In this document: positions 42,569 to 54,640 of the stretch, piece after piece
Layout of the letters: every line of letters begins with the position of its first letter
Numbering within the stretch: position 1 is the first letter of the stretch
NCBI GenBank assembly: GCA_964016885.1
Contig: OZ024741.1
Coordinates: forward strand, 401,016,001 to 401,080,000
Length of the DNA: 64,000 nucleotides
Direction of reading: 5' to 3'
Source: Eledone cirrhosa
Lineage: Eukaryota
The notes under the pieces: model-generated
The model's database searches: none
What the model saw: only the letters and a program-made list of their open reading frames with translations
Told to the model about the DNA's origin: nothing
Position numbers and translations under genes: made by a program

Positions 42569-45500
42569 CAATGTGTCTCTGTGTGTCAATGTGTCTCAAT
42601 GTGTGACTCTGTGTCTCATTATGTGTCTGTGTGTCAATGTGTCTCTGTATCTCAATGTGTGTCTGTGTCTCAATGTGTGTCTGTGTCTCAATGTGTCTCT
42701 GTATCTCTGTGTGTGTCTGTGTCTCAATGTGTGTCTCTCTGTCTCAATGTGTGTCTCTGTGTCTCAACGTGTGTCTCTGTGTCTCAATGTGTGTCTGTGT
42801 CTCAATGTGTTACTCTGTGTCTCAATGTGTGTCTCTGTGTCTCAATGTGTCTCTGTGTCTCAATGTGTCTCTGTGTCTCAATGTGTGTCTGTGTCTCAAT
42901 GTGTCTCTGTGTCTCAATGTGTTTCTGTATCTAAATGTGTTTCTCTGTATCTCAATGTGTCTCTGAGTCTCGATGTGTGTCTCTGTGTCTCAATGTGTCT
43001 CTGTGTCTCAATGTGTGTCTCTGTGTCTCAATGTGTGTTTGTGTCTCAATGTGTCTCTGTGTCTCAATGTGTGTCTGTGTCTCAATGTGTCTCTGTGTCT
43101 CAATGTGTCTCTGTGTCTCAATGTGTGTCTGTGTCTCAATGTGCCTCTGTGTCTCAATGTGTCTCTGTGTCTCAATGTGTCTCCGTGTCTCAATGTATAT
43201 CTGTGTCTCAATGTGTGTCTGTGTCTCAATGTGTCTCTGTGTCTCAATGTATGTCTGTGTCTCAATGTGTCTCTGTATCTCAATGAGTGTCTGTGTCTCA
43301 ATGTGTGTCTGTGTCTCAATGTGTGTCTCTGTGTCTCAATGTGTCTCTTTGTCTCAATGTGTGTCTGTATCTCAATGTGTGTCTGTGTCTTAATGTGTCT
43401 CTGTGTCTCAATGTCTCTCTGTGTTTCAATGTGTGGCTGTGTCTCAATGTGTCACAATGTGTCTCTGTGTCTCAATGTGTCTGTGTCTCAATGTGTCTCA
43501 ATGTGTCTCTGTGTTTCAATGTGTGTCTCTGTGTCTCAATGTGTGTCTCAAAGTGTCTCTGTGTCTCAATGTGTGTCTGTGTCTCAATGTGTGTTTGTGT
43601 CTCAATGTGTGTCTGTGTCTCAATGTGTCTCTGTGCCTCAACGTGTCTCTGTGTCTCAATGAGTGACTCTGTGACTCAATGTGTGTCTGTGTCTCAATGT
43701 GTGTCTGTGTCTCAATGTGTCTGTGTGTCTCAATGTGTCTCTGTGGAACAATGTGTGTCTCTGTGACTCAATGTGTGTCTGTGTCTCAATGTGTCTCTGT
43801 TTGTCAATGTGTCTCTGTGTTTCAATGTGTGTCTGTGTCTCAATATATCTCTGTGTGCCAATGTGTGTCTGTGTCTCAATGTGTCTCTGTGTCTCAATGT
43901 ATCTCTGTGTCTCAATGTGTGTCTGTGTCTCAATGTGTGTCTGTGTCTCAATGTGTCTCTGTGGATCAATGTGTGTCTCTGTGTCTGTCTGTGTCTCACT
44001 GTGTTTATGTGTCTCAATGTGTGTCTGTGTCTCAATGTGCGTCTGTATCTCAATGTGTGTCTCTGTGTCTCAATGTGTGTCTCTGTGTCTCAATGTGTGT
44101 CTCTGTGTCTCAATGTGTGTCTCTGTTTCTCAATGTGTGTCTGTGTCTCAATATGTTACTCTGTGTCTCAATGTGTGTCTCTGTGTCTCAATGTGTCTCT
44201 GTGTCTCAATGTGTCTATGTGTCTCAATCTGTGTCTGTGTCTCAATGTGTCTCTGTGTCTCAATGTGTCTCTGTATCTAAATGTGTTTCTCTGTATCTCA
44301 ATGTGTCTCTGTATCTCAACGTGTGTCTCTGTATCTCAATGTGTGTCTCTGAGTCTCCATGTGTGTCTCTGTGTCTCAATGTGTCTCAATGTGTCTCAAT
44401 GTGTGTTTTATTCTCAATGTGTGTCTCTGTGTCTCAATGTGTGTCTGTGTCTCAATGTGTGTCTCTGTGTCTAAATGTGTGTTTGTGTCTCAATATGTCT
44501 CTGTGTCTCAATGTGTCTCTGTGTCTCAATGTATGTCTGTGTCTCAGTGTGTGTCTCTGTGTCTCAATGTGTCTCTGTATCTCAATGTGTGTCTGTGTCT
44601 CAATGTGTCTCTGTGTCTCAATGTGTGTCTGTGTCTCAATGTGTCTCTGTGTCTCAATGTGTGTCTGTGTCTCAATGTGTGTCTGTGTCTCAATGTGTCT
44701 CTGTGTCTCACTGTATGTCTGTGTCTCCATGTGTGTCTCTGTGTCTCAATGTGTGTCTGTGTCTCAATGTGTCTCACTGTGTCTCTGTGTTTCAATGTGT
44801 GTCTGTGTCTCAATGTGTCTCTGTGTCTCAATGTGTGTCTGTGTCTCAATGTGTCTCTGTGTCTTAATGTATGTCTGTGTCTCCATGTGTGTCACTGTGT
44901 CTCAATGTGTGTCTGTGTCTCAATGTGTCTCTGTATCTCAATGTGTGTCTGTGTCTCAATGTGTCTCTGAATATCAATGTGTATATGTGTCTCAATGTGT
45001 CTCTGTGTCTCAATGTGTGTTTGTGTCTCAATGTGTGTCTGTGTCTCAATGTGTCTCAATGTGTCTCTGTGTTTCAATGTGTCTCTGTGTCTCAATGTGT
45101 GTCTGTGTCTCAATGAGTGTCTGTGTCTCAATGTGTGTCTCTGTATCTCAATGTGTCTCTGTGTCTCAATGTGTGTCTGTGTCTCAATGTGTCTCTGTGT
45201 CTCAATGTGTCTCTGTATCTCAATGTGTGTCTGTGTCTCAATGTGTGTCTCTGTGTCTGAATGTGTGTCTGTGTCTCTGTGACTCAATGTGTGTCTATGT
45301 CTCAATGTGTGTCTGTGTCTCAATATGTCTCTGTGTCTCAATGTGTGTCTGTGTCTCAATGTGTCTCTGTGTCTCAATGTGTCTCTGTGTCTCAATGTGT
45401 CTCTGTGTCTCAATGTGTGTCTGTGTCTCTGTGTCTCAATGTGTGTCTATGTCTCAATGTGTGTCTGTGTCTCAATATGTCTCTGTGTCTCAATGTATAT

Positions 45501-47518
45501 CTGTGTCTCAATGTGTGTCTGTGTCTCAATGTGTCTCTGTGTCTCAATGTGTGTCTGTGTCTCAATGTGTCTCTGTATCTCAATGAGTGTCTGTGTCTCA
45601 ATGTGTGTCTGTGTCTCAATGTGTGTCTCTGTGTCTCAATGTGTGTCTGGGTCTCAATGTGTCTCTGTGTCTCAATGTGTCTCTGTGTTTCAATGTGTGG
45701 CTGTGTCAATGTGTCACAATGTGTCTCTATGTCTCAATGTGTCTCTGGGTCTCAATGTGTGTCTGTGTCTCAATGTGTCCCTGTGTCTCAATGTGTCTCT
45801 GTGTTTCAATGTGTGTGTCTGTGTCTCAATGTGTATCTATGTCTCAATGTTTGTCTGGGTCTCAATGTGTCTGTGGGTCTCAATGTGTCTCTGTGGAACA
45901 ATGTTGTCTCTGTGACGCAATGTGTGTCTGTGTCTCAATGTGTCTCTGTGTCTCAATGTGTGTCTGTGTCTCAATGTGTCTGTGGGTCTCAATGTGTCTC
46001 TGTGGAACAATGTGTGTCTCTGTGTCTCAATGTGTGTCTGTGTCTCAATGTGTCTCTGAGTCTCAATGTGTGTCTGTGTCTCAATGTGTTTCTGTGTCTC
46101 AATGTGTCTGTATCTCAATGTGTTTCTGTGTCTCAATGTGTGTCTCTGTGTCTCAATGTGTCTCTGTGTTTCAATGTGTGTGTCTGTGTCTCAATGTGTC
46201 TGTGTCACAATGTGTGTCTCTGTGTCTCAATGAGTCCCTGTGCCTCAATGTGTCCCTGTGCCTCAAGGTGTCTCTGTGTTTCAATGTGTGTGTCTGTGTC
46301 TCAATGTGTCTCTGTGTCTCAATGTATGTCTGTGTCTCAATGTGTCTCTGTGTCTCAATGTGTGTCTGTGTCTCAATGTCTCTCAGTATCTCAATGAGTG
46401 TCTGTGTCTCAATGTGTGTCTGTCTCTCAATGTGTGTCTCTGTGTCTCAATGTGTCTCTGTCTCTCAATGTGTGTCTCTGTGTCTCAATGTGTCTCTGTG
46501 TCTCAATGTGTGTCTGTGTCTCAATGTGTGTCTGTGTCTCAATGTGTCTCCGTGTCTCAATGTGTCTCTGTGTTTCAATGTGTGGCTGTGTCTCAATGTG
46601 TCACAATGTGTCTCTGTGTCTCAATGTGTCACAATGTGTCTCTGTGTCTCAATGTGTCTCTGGGTCTCAATGTGTGTCTGTGTCTCAATGTGTCCCTGTG
46701 TCTCAATGTGTCTCTGTGTCTCAATGTGTTTCTCTGTGTCTGAATGTTTCTCTGTGTCTCAATGTGTGTCTGTGTCTCAATGTGTGTTTGTGTCTCAATG
46801 TGTGTCTGTGTCTCAATGTGTCTCTGTGTCTCAATGTGTCTCTGTGTCTCAATGAGTGTCTCTGTGTCTCAATGTATGTCTGTGTCTTAATGTGTGTCTG
46901 TGTCTCAATGTGTCTCTGTGGATCAATGTGTGTCTCTGTGTCTCAACGTGTGCCTCTGTGTCACAATGTGTGTCTCTGTGTCTCAATGTGTCTATGTGTC
47001 TCAATGTGTGTCTGTGTCTCAATGTGTGTCTGTGTCTCAATGTGTCCCTGTGTCACAATTTGTCTCTGTATCTAAATGTGTTTCTCTGTATCTAAATGTG
47101 TCTCTGTATCTCAATGTGTGTCTCTGTATCTAAATGTGTGTCTCTGTGTCTCAATGTGTCTGTGGGTCTCAATGTGTCTCCGTGGAACAATGTGTGTCTC
47201 TGTGACTCAATGTGTGTCTGTGTCTCAATGTGTCTCTAAGTCTCAATGTGTGTCTGTGTCTCAATGTGTCTCTGTGTCTCAATGTGTTTCTGTATCTCAA
47301 TGTGTGCCTGTGTCTCAATGTGTCTCTGTGTCTCAATGTGTCCTTGTGTCTCAATGTGCTCTGTGTCTCAATGTGTCTCTGTGTCTCAATGTGTCTCTGT
47401 GTCTCAATGTGTCTCTGTGTCTCAATGTGTCTCTGTATCTCAATGTGTGTCTGTGTCTCAATTTGTGTCTCTTTGTCTCAATGTGTGTCTCTGTGTCTCA
47501 ATGTGTCTATGTGTCTCA
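42569..47518 (+). repeat. 18/20-bp minisatellite, units CAATGTGTCTCTGTGTCT, CAATGTGTGTCTGTGTCT and CAATGTGTGTCTCTGTGTCT (block 1)
   Basis: Abrupt switch at ...ACTCACTG|CAATGTGTCTCT (42568/42569); CAAT recurs every 18 or 20 bp with occasional 10- and 16-bp units. Confidence 0.97.
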
Positions 47519-47519
47519 A

Positions 47520-48683
47520 GACCTCCAGGTGGAGAAAAACTGGAACGAGGTCACGGCCAAGGTGTTTGCACTCACTCAGAAGTGGGCAGAGTGCAAACTG
47601 TCCTTGAAAGGTCGAGCGGAGGTGGCGAACACTTTCATAGCGTCCGTCATCTACTACCGCTTGACTGTCGTGCCTTGTCCCCGTGAACACCTCGCCAAGA
47701 TGGAACGCATGCTCTTCCAGTTTCTGTGGAAGAAGCAGGCTCCGCTGGTGAGGAGATCCGTCTGCTGTCAGCACCCTTCCAACGGAGGGCTGGGAATGCC
47801 GTGGCTGATGATGCGCAAACATGTGCTGAGGCTGCAGCATCTCCAGGTATTCCTCACCGACCCCCAACCGGTGTGGGCACCGTTTGTGAGACAGGTTTTC
47901 CCACAGCTCGTCTCGCTAACGGAGCTGCAGTCCTGGGTGAAGAAAAGACCGAAAACGATGGGCGCCTGGCACATTGAATGCGCTCAGGCGCTCACAGTCC
48001 TCTGGCAAGCGGGCGCAGCAATCAGTGGATACTCCACTTCGACATTCTATAGAGGGATTGTACGTTACAAGGGCGACGACGTGCTCGGAGAGACTCTGGG
48101 CGTCGAAGACGATGAGCTCACCAGTTTGTTTGGTAGGACTTTCCGCCCGGGACCTATGGACGACTTCCAGAGGTCCCTGGCCTGGCAGTGCTACCGAGGA
48201 GCTCTACCGGTTCGTGACAAGATCTACAGGCACGGACGCCCTGGCAGGGATCCTTCCAAGAGGACGTGTCCAAGATGTGCGCAGGACATTGAAACAGTTC
48301 TGCACGCAATTGTACACTGCCCGGGCGTAAGCGACCTGTGGAACTATGCAGAACAACTGCTGTCGCGTATGGGACAAATACAGTTGACTGCCGAATCCAT
48401 AGTAAGGATCAAACCCTCAGACTCTTTCAAAAACGAAAGAGAGGCGGTTTTCCTCTGTACGGTGGCTATGGTGAAAGAAGTTATATGGTGGACGAGGTTG
48501 AGAGGACTGAGGACAGATGCCTTTCTCTCCGGACAACAATTGATTCCATTCTTTAAGTATCACTTTAGAAGGAGAATCAGGGTGGAGAGAGAGGCACTGC
48601 ACCCCAGTAAATTTACTGAAAGGTGGGTGAATGAAGCAAAAATGGCCCGAGTGATTGGGCCTTCTCTGTTTATAAGCCTGTAG
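47520..48683 (+). pseudogene. ORF2 C-terminal fragment of LINE copy 1 (post-RT region and CCHC zinc knuckle), open to TAG but lacking endonuclease and RT core
   Basis: Translates DLQVEKNW...SLFISL*; CX2CX8HX4C at 48267-48320. The 148 upstream codons in the ORF track (from 47076) are minisatellite. Confidence 0.88.
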
Positions 48684-48907
48684 GTTGAGGAAGAGAGCAA
48701 AAGGAAGAAAGGAGCACTTGCACAACACGCTCCTTGAGTTGAGGGTTGTTCTATCGACGGGGTATTAAACAACCCATTTGTGGCGCCTCACCCCTATTGG
48801 GGATTTCGATTGTTGAAATTGTTTGTTTTTGTATTTTTTACACGACTGTATGTAAAATCCCCGGCATGTCTTTGTATTGTCTCCTTTCTTGTTGCGCCCT
48901 TGTGGCT

Positions 48908-48913
48908 AATAAA
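48908..48913 (+). promoter_or_regulatory. AATAAA polyadenylation-signal-like hexamer at the LINE copy 1 3' end
   Basis: AATAAA lies 5 nt before the CAATAT junction, preceded by a T-rich 3' UTR; same position in copy 2. No poly(A) follows. Confidence 0.6.
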
Positions 48914-48918
48914 GAAAT

Positions 48919-51900
48919 CAATATGTGTCTCTGTTTCTCAATGTGTGTCTCTGTGTCTCAATGTGTGTCTGTGTCTCTGTGTCTCAATGTGTGTCTGTGT
49001 CTCAATGTGTGTCTGTGTCTCAATGTGTGTCTCTGTGTCTCAATGTGTGTCTTTGTGTCTCAATGTATCTTAATGTGTCTCTGTGTCTCAATGTGTGTCT
49101 CTGTGTCTCAATGTGTCTCTGTATCTCAATGTGTGTCTGTGTCTCAATGTGTCTCTGTGTCTCAATGTGTGTCTGTGTCTCAATGTGTCTCTGTGTCTCA
49201 ATGTGTGTCTGTGTCTCTGAGTCTCAATGTTGGTCTGTGTCTCAATGTTTCTCTGTGTTTCAATGTGTGACTGTGTCTCAATGTGTCTCTGTGTCTCAAT
49301 GTGTGTCTGTGTCTCAATGTGTCTCTGTGTCTCAATGTATGTCTGTGTCTCAATGTGTGTCTCTGTGTCTCAATGTGTGTCTGTGTCTCAATGTGTCTCT
49401 GTATCTCAATGTGTGTCTGTGTCTCAATGTGTCTCTGAGTCTCAATGTGTCTCTGTGTCTCAATGTGTGTCTGTGTCTCAATGTGTGTCTGTGTCTCTGT
49501 ATCTCAATGTGTTTCTGTGTCTCAATGTGTCTCTGTATCTCAATCTGTGTCTGTGTCTCAATGTGTCTCTGTGTCTCAATGTGTGTCTGTGTCTCAATGT
49601 GTCTCTGAGTCTCAATGTGTGTCTGTGTCTCAATGTGTCTCTGAGTCTCAATGTGTGTCTGTGTCTCTATGTGTGTCTGTGTCTCAATGTGTCTCTGTGT
49701 CTCAATGTGTCTCTGTGTCTCAATATGTGTCTGTGTCTCAATGTGTCTCTGTGTCTCAATGTGTGTCTGTGTCTCAATGTGTCTCTGAGTCTTAATGTGT
49801 GTCTGTGTCTCAATGTGTGTCTCTGTGTCTAAATGTGTCTCTGTATCTCAATGTATGTCTCTGAGTCTCAATTTGTGTCTGTGTCTCAATGTGTGTCTGT
49901 GACTCAATGTGTGTCTGTGTCTCAATGTGTCGCTGTGTCTCAATGTGTGTCTCTGTCTCAATGTGTCTCTGTGTCTCTGTGTCTCAATTAGTGTCTCTGT
50001 GTCTCAATGTGTATCTGTGTCTTAATGTTTATCTTGGTCTCAATGTGTCTGTGGGTCTCAATGTGTCTCTGTAGAATAATGTGTGTCTCTGTGACTCAAT
50101 GTGTGTATGTGTCTCAATGTGTCTCTGTGTCTCAATGTGTGTCTGTGTCTCAATGTGTCTGTGACACAATGTGTGTCTGTGTCTCAATGTGTCCCTGTGC
50201 CTCAATGTGTCCCCCTGCCTCAAGGTGTCTCTGTGTTTCAATGTGTGTGTCTGTGTCTCAATGTGTCTCTGTGTCTCAATGTATGTCTGTGTCTCAATGT
50301 GTCTCTGCTTCTCAATGTGTGTTTGTGTCTCAATGTGTGTCTGTGTCTCAATGTGTCTCAATGTGTCTCTGTGTTTCAATGTGTCTCTGTGTCTCAATGT
50401 GTGTCTGTGTCTCAATGAGTGCCTGTGTCTCAATGTGTGTCTGTGTCTCAATGTGTGTCTCTATATCTCAATGTGTCTCTGTGTCTCAATGTGTGTCTGT
50501 GTCTCAATGTGTCTCTGTGTCTCAATGTGTCTCTGTATCTCAATGTGTGTCTGTGTCTCAATATGTCTCTGTGTCTCAATGTGTGTCTGTGTCTCAATGT
50601 GTCTCTGTGTCTCAATGTGTCTCTGTGTCTCAATGTGTGTCTGTGTCTCTGTGTCTCAATATGTCTCTGTGTCTCAATGTGTGTCTGTGTCTCAATGTGT
50701 CTCTGTGTCTCAATGTATATCTGTGTCTCAATGTGTGTCTGTGTCTCAATGTGTCTCTGTGTCTCACTGTGTGTCTGTGTCTCAATGTGTCTCTGTATCT
50801 CAATGAGTGTCTGTGTCTCAATGTGTGTCTGTGTCTCAATGTGTGTCTCTGTGTCTCAATGTGTGTCTGTGTCTCAATGTGTGTCTGGGTCTCAATGTGT
50901 CTCTGTGTCTCAATGTGTCTCTGTGTTTCAATGTGTGGCTGTGTCAATGTGTCTCAATGTGTCTCTGGGTCTCAATGTGTGTCTGTGTCTCAATGTGTCC
51001 CTGTGTCTCAATGTGTCTCTGTGTTTCAATGTGTGTGTCTGTGTCTCAATGTGTATCTGTGTCTCAATGTTTGTCTGGGTCTCAATGTGTCTGTGGGTCT
51101 CAATGTGTCTCTGTGGTACAATGTGTGTCTCTGTGACGCAATGTGTGTCTGTGTCTCAATGTGTCTCTGTGTCTCAATGTGTGTCTGTGTCTCAATGTGT
51201 CTGTGGGTCTCAATGTGTCTCTGTGGAACAATGTGTGTCTGTGTCTCAATGTGTCTCTGAGTCTCAATGTGTGTCGGTGTCTCAATGTGTTTCTGTGTCT
51301 CAATGTGTCTGTGTCTCAATGTGTGTCTCTGTGTCTCAATGTGTCTCTGTGTTTCAATGTTTGTGTCTGTGTCTCAATGTGTCTGTGTCACAATGTGTGT
51401 CTCTGTGTCTCAATGAGTCCCTGTGCCTCAATGTGTCCCTGTGCCTCAAGGTGTCTCTGTGTTTCAATGTGTATGTCTGTGTCTCAATGTGTCTCTGTGT
51501 CTCAATGTATGTCTGTGTCTCAATGTGTCTCTGTGTCTCAATGTGTGTCTGTGTCTCAATGTGTCTCAGTATCTCAATGAGTGTCTGTGTCTCAATGTGT
51601 GTCTGTCTCTCAATGTGTGTCTCTGTGTCTCAATGTGTCTCTGTGTCTCAATGTGTCTCTGGGTCTCAATGTGTGTCTGTGTCTCAATGTGTCCCTGTGT
51701 CTCAATGTGTCTCTGTGTTTCAAGGTGTGTCTCTGTGTCTCAATGTGTGTCTCTGTGTCTCAATGTTTCTCTGTGTCTCAATGTGTGTCTGTGTCTCAAT
51801 GTGTGTTTGTGTCTCAATGTGTGTCTGTGTCTCAATGTGTCTCTGTGTCTCAATGTGTCTCTGTGTCTCAATGAGTGTCTCTGTGTCTCAATGTGTGTCT

Positions 51901-54371
51901 GTGTCTCAATGTGTGTCTGTGTCTCAATGTGTCTCTGTGGATCAATGTGTGTCTCTGTGTCTCAACGTGTGCCTCTGTGTCACAATGTGTGTCTCTGTGT
52001 CTCAATATGTCTATGTGTCTCAATGTGTGTCTGTGTCTCAATGTGTGTCTGTGTCTCAATGTGTGTCTGTGTCTCAATGTGTCTCTGTATCTAAATGTGT
52101 TTCTCTGTATCTAAATGTGTCTCTGTATCTCAATGTGTGTCTCTGTGTCTCAATTTCTGTCTGTGTCTCAATATGTGTCTCTGTTTCTCAATGTGTGTCT
52201 CTGTGTCTCAATGTGTGTCTGTGTCTCAATGTGTGTCTGTGTCTCAATGTGTGTCTCTGTGTCTCAATGTGTGTCTCTGTGTCTCAATGTGTCTTAATGT
52301 GTCTCTGTGTCTCAATGTGTGTCTCTGTGTCTCAATGTGTCTCTGTATCTCAATGTGTGTCTGTGTCTCAATGTGTCTCTGTATCTTAATGTGTGTCTGT
52401 GTCTCTGTGTCTCAATGTGTGTCTGTGTCTCAATGTGTCTCTGTGTCTCAATGTGTGTCTGTGTCTCAATGTGTCTCTGAGTCTCAATGTTGGTCTGTGT
52501 CTCAATGTTTCTCTGTGTTTCAATGTGTGTCTGTGTCTCAATGTGTCTCTGTGTCTCAATGTGTGTCTGTGTCTCAATGTGTCTCTGTGTCTCAATGTAT
52601 GTCTGTGTCTCAATGTGTGCCTCTGTGTCTCAATGTGAGTCTGTGTCTCAATGTGTCTCTGTATCTCAATGTGTGTCTGTGTCTCAATGTGTCTCTGAGT
52701 CTCAATGTGTCTCTGTGTCTCAATGTGTGTCTGTGTCTCAATGTGTGTCTGTGTCTCTGTATCTCAATGTGTTTCTGTGTCTCAATGTGTCTCTGTATCT
52801 CAATCTGTGTCTGTGTCTCAATGTGTCTCTGTGTCTCAATGTGTGTCTGTGTCTCAATGTGTCTCTGAGTCTCAATGTGAGTCTGTGTCGCAATGTGTCT
52901 CTGAGTCTCAATGTGTGTCTGTGTCTCTATGTGTGTCTGTGTCTCAATGTGTCTCTGTGTCTCAATGTGTCTCTGTGTCTCAATATGTGTCTGTGTCTCA
53001 ATGTGTCTCTGTGTCTCAATGTGTGTCTGTGTCTCAATGTGTCTCTGAGTCTCAATGTGTTTCTGTGTCTCAATGTGTGTCTAAATGTGTCTCTGTATCT
53101 CAATGTATGTCTCTGAGTCTCAATTTGTGTCTGTGTCTCAATGTGTGTCTGTGACTCAATGTGTGTCTGTGTCTCAATGTGTCGCTGTGTCTCAATGTGT
53201 GTCTCTGTCTCAATGTGTCTCTGTGTCTCTGTGTCTCAATTAGTGTCTCTGTGTCTCAATGTGTAACTGCGTCTTAATGTTTATCTTGGTCTCAATGTGT
53301 CTGTGGGTCTCAATGTGTCTCTGTAGAACAATGTGTGTCTCTATGACTCAATGTGTGTCTGTGTCTCAATGTGTCTCTGTGTCTCAATGTGTGTCTGTGT
53401 CTCAATGTGTCTTTGACACAATGTGTGTCTGTGTCTCAATGTGTCCCTGTGCCTCAATGTGTCCCTCTGCCTCAAGGTGTCTCTGTGTTTCAATGTGTGT
53501 GTCTGTGTCTCAATGTGTCTCTGTGTCTCAATGTATGTCTGTGTCTCCATGTATGTCTGTGTCTCAATGTGTCTCTGTGTCTCAATGTGTGTCTGTGTCT
53601 CGATGTGTGTCTGTGTCTCAATGTGTCTCTGTGTCTCAATGTGTCTCTGTGTTTCAATGTGTGGCTGTGTCTCAATATGTCACAATGTGTCTCTGTGTCT
53701 CAATGTGTCCCTGTGTCTCAATGTGTCTCTGTGTTTCAATGTGTGTCTGTGTCTCAATGTGTGTCTCTGTGTCTGAATGTTTCTCTGTGTCTCAATGTGT
53801 CTCTGTGTCTCAATGTGTGTCTGTGTCTCAATGTGTCTGTGGGTCTCAATGTGTCTCTGTGGAACAATGTGTGTCTCTGTGTCTCAATGTGTGTCTGTGT
53901 CTCAATGTGTCTCTAAGTCTCAATGTGTGTCTGTGTCTCAATGTGTTTCTGTGTCTCAATGTGTCTGTGTCTCAATGTGTGTCTGTGTCTCAATGTGTGT
54001 CTCTGTGTCTCAATGTATCTCTGTGTTTCAATGTGTGTGTCTGTGTCTCAATGTGTCTGTGTCACAATGTGTGTCTCTGTGTCTCAATGAGTCCCTGTGC
54101 CTCAATGTGTCCCTGTGCCTCAAGGTGTCTCTGTGTTTCAATGTGTGTGTCTGTGTCTCAATGTGTCTCTGTGTCTCAATGTATGTCTGTGTCTCAATGT
54201 GTCTCTGTGTCTCAATGTGTGTCTGTGTCTCAATGTGTCTCTGTGTCTCAATGTGTGTCTGTGTCTCAATGTGTCTCTGTGTCTCAATGTGTGTCTGTGT
54301 CTCAATGTGTGTCTGTGTCTCAATGTGTGTCTGTGTCTCAATGTGTCTCTGTGTTTCAATGTGTCTCTGTG
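48919..54371 (+). repeat. 18/20-bp minisatellite (block 2) with about 3.25-kb higher-order duplication
   Basis: Same units as block 1. Rare variants pair at +3250 to +3260: CAATATGTGTCTCTGTTTCT 48919/52169, ORFs 49227/52487 and 50007/53259. Ends at ...CTCTGTG|ATTATGG. Confidence 0.97.
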
Positions 54372-54640
54372 ATTATGGTTACTGATGGTTTTGACGTCTT
54401 AATTACTGGTTAATTATCTTAATTAGTAATTTTCTTTGTCAAATGAAACTGCATGATATAAGCACATTTATAGGTAAAATTATATATCTTGCTTACAATG
54501 CTTACTTTTATATACAGAATTACATCTAAATATAATTTGTATAAATGAAGCTCTACAAAATATAGGTTTTTATCTGTATATTATTGAGCTATTTATTATG
54601 TGATGTGACTGAAATAGCTTTATTTTAGTCTATGCTTTAT
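54372..54640. other. AT-rich non-tandem, non-coding spacer
   Basis: No periodicity, no ORF of 60 aa or more of its own, no match elsewhere in the window. Confidence 0.7.

Larger units (their letters stand above)
47519..48922 (+). mobile_element. 5'-truncated non-LTR retrotransposon, L1/Tx1 clade (copy 1, about 1.4 kb: ORF2 C-terminus plus 3' UTR)
   Basis: Colinear with 55938-57341 at a constant offset of 8419 with no indels seen; encodes LSLKGRAEVAN, GGLGMP and CPRC-X8-H-X4-C; 3' UTR ends AATAAAGAAATCAAT. Clade call from recalled motif similarity, not a database search. Confidence 0.93.

Noticed and set aside
47495-48945. Target-site duplication around LINE copy 1
   Set aside because: Flanks (CAATGTGTCTATGTGTCTCAA versus CAATATGTGTCTCTGTTTCTCAA) are no more similar than any two minisatellite units.
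42500-54413. Long Cys/Val/Ser-rich ORFs up to 656 aa and His/Arg-rich minus-strand ORFs (metallothionein- or keratin-associated-like)
   Set aside because: Overlap in all frames because the 18-mer lacks stops; frequent 20-, 16- and 10-bp units shift frame, showing no coding constraint.
54392-54431. TGACGTC plus three TTAATTA (CRE- and homeodomain-like sites)
   Set aside because: Short motifs expected in AT-rich DNA; no gene or promoter context to support a regulatory call.
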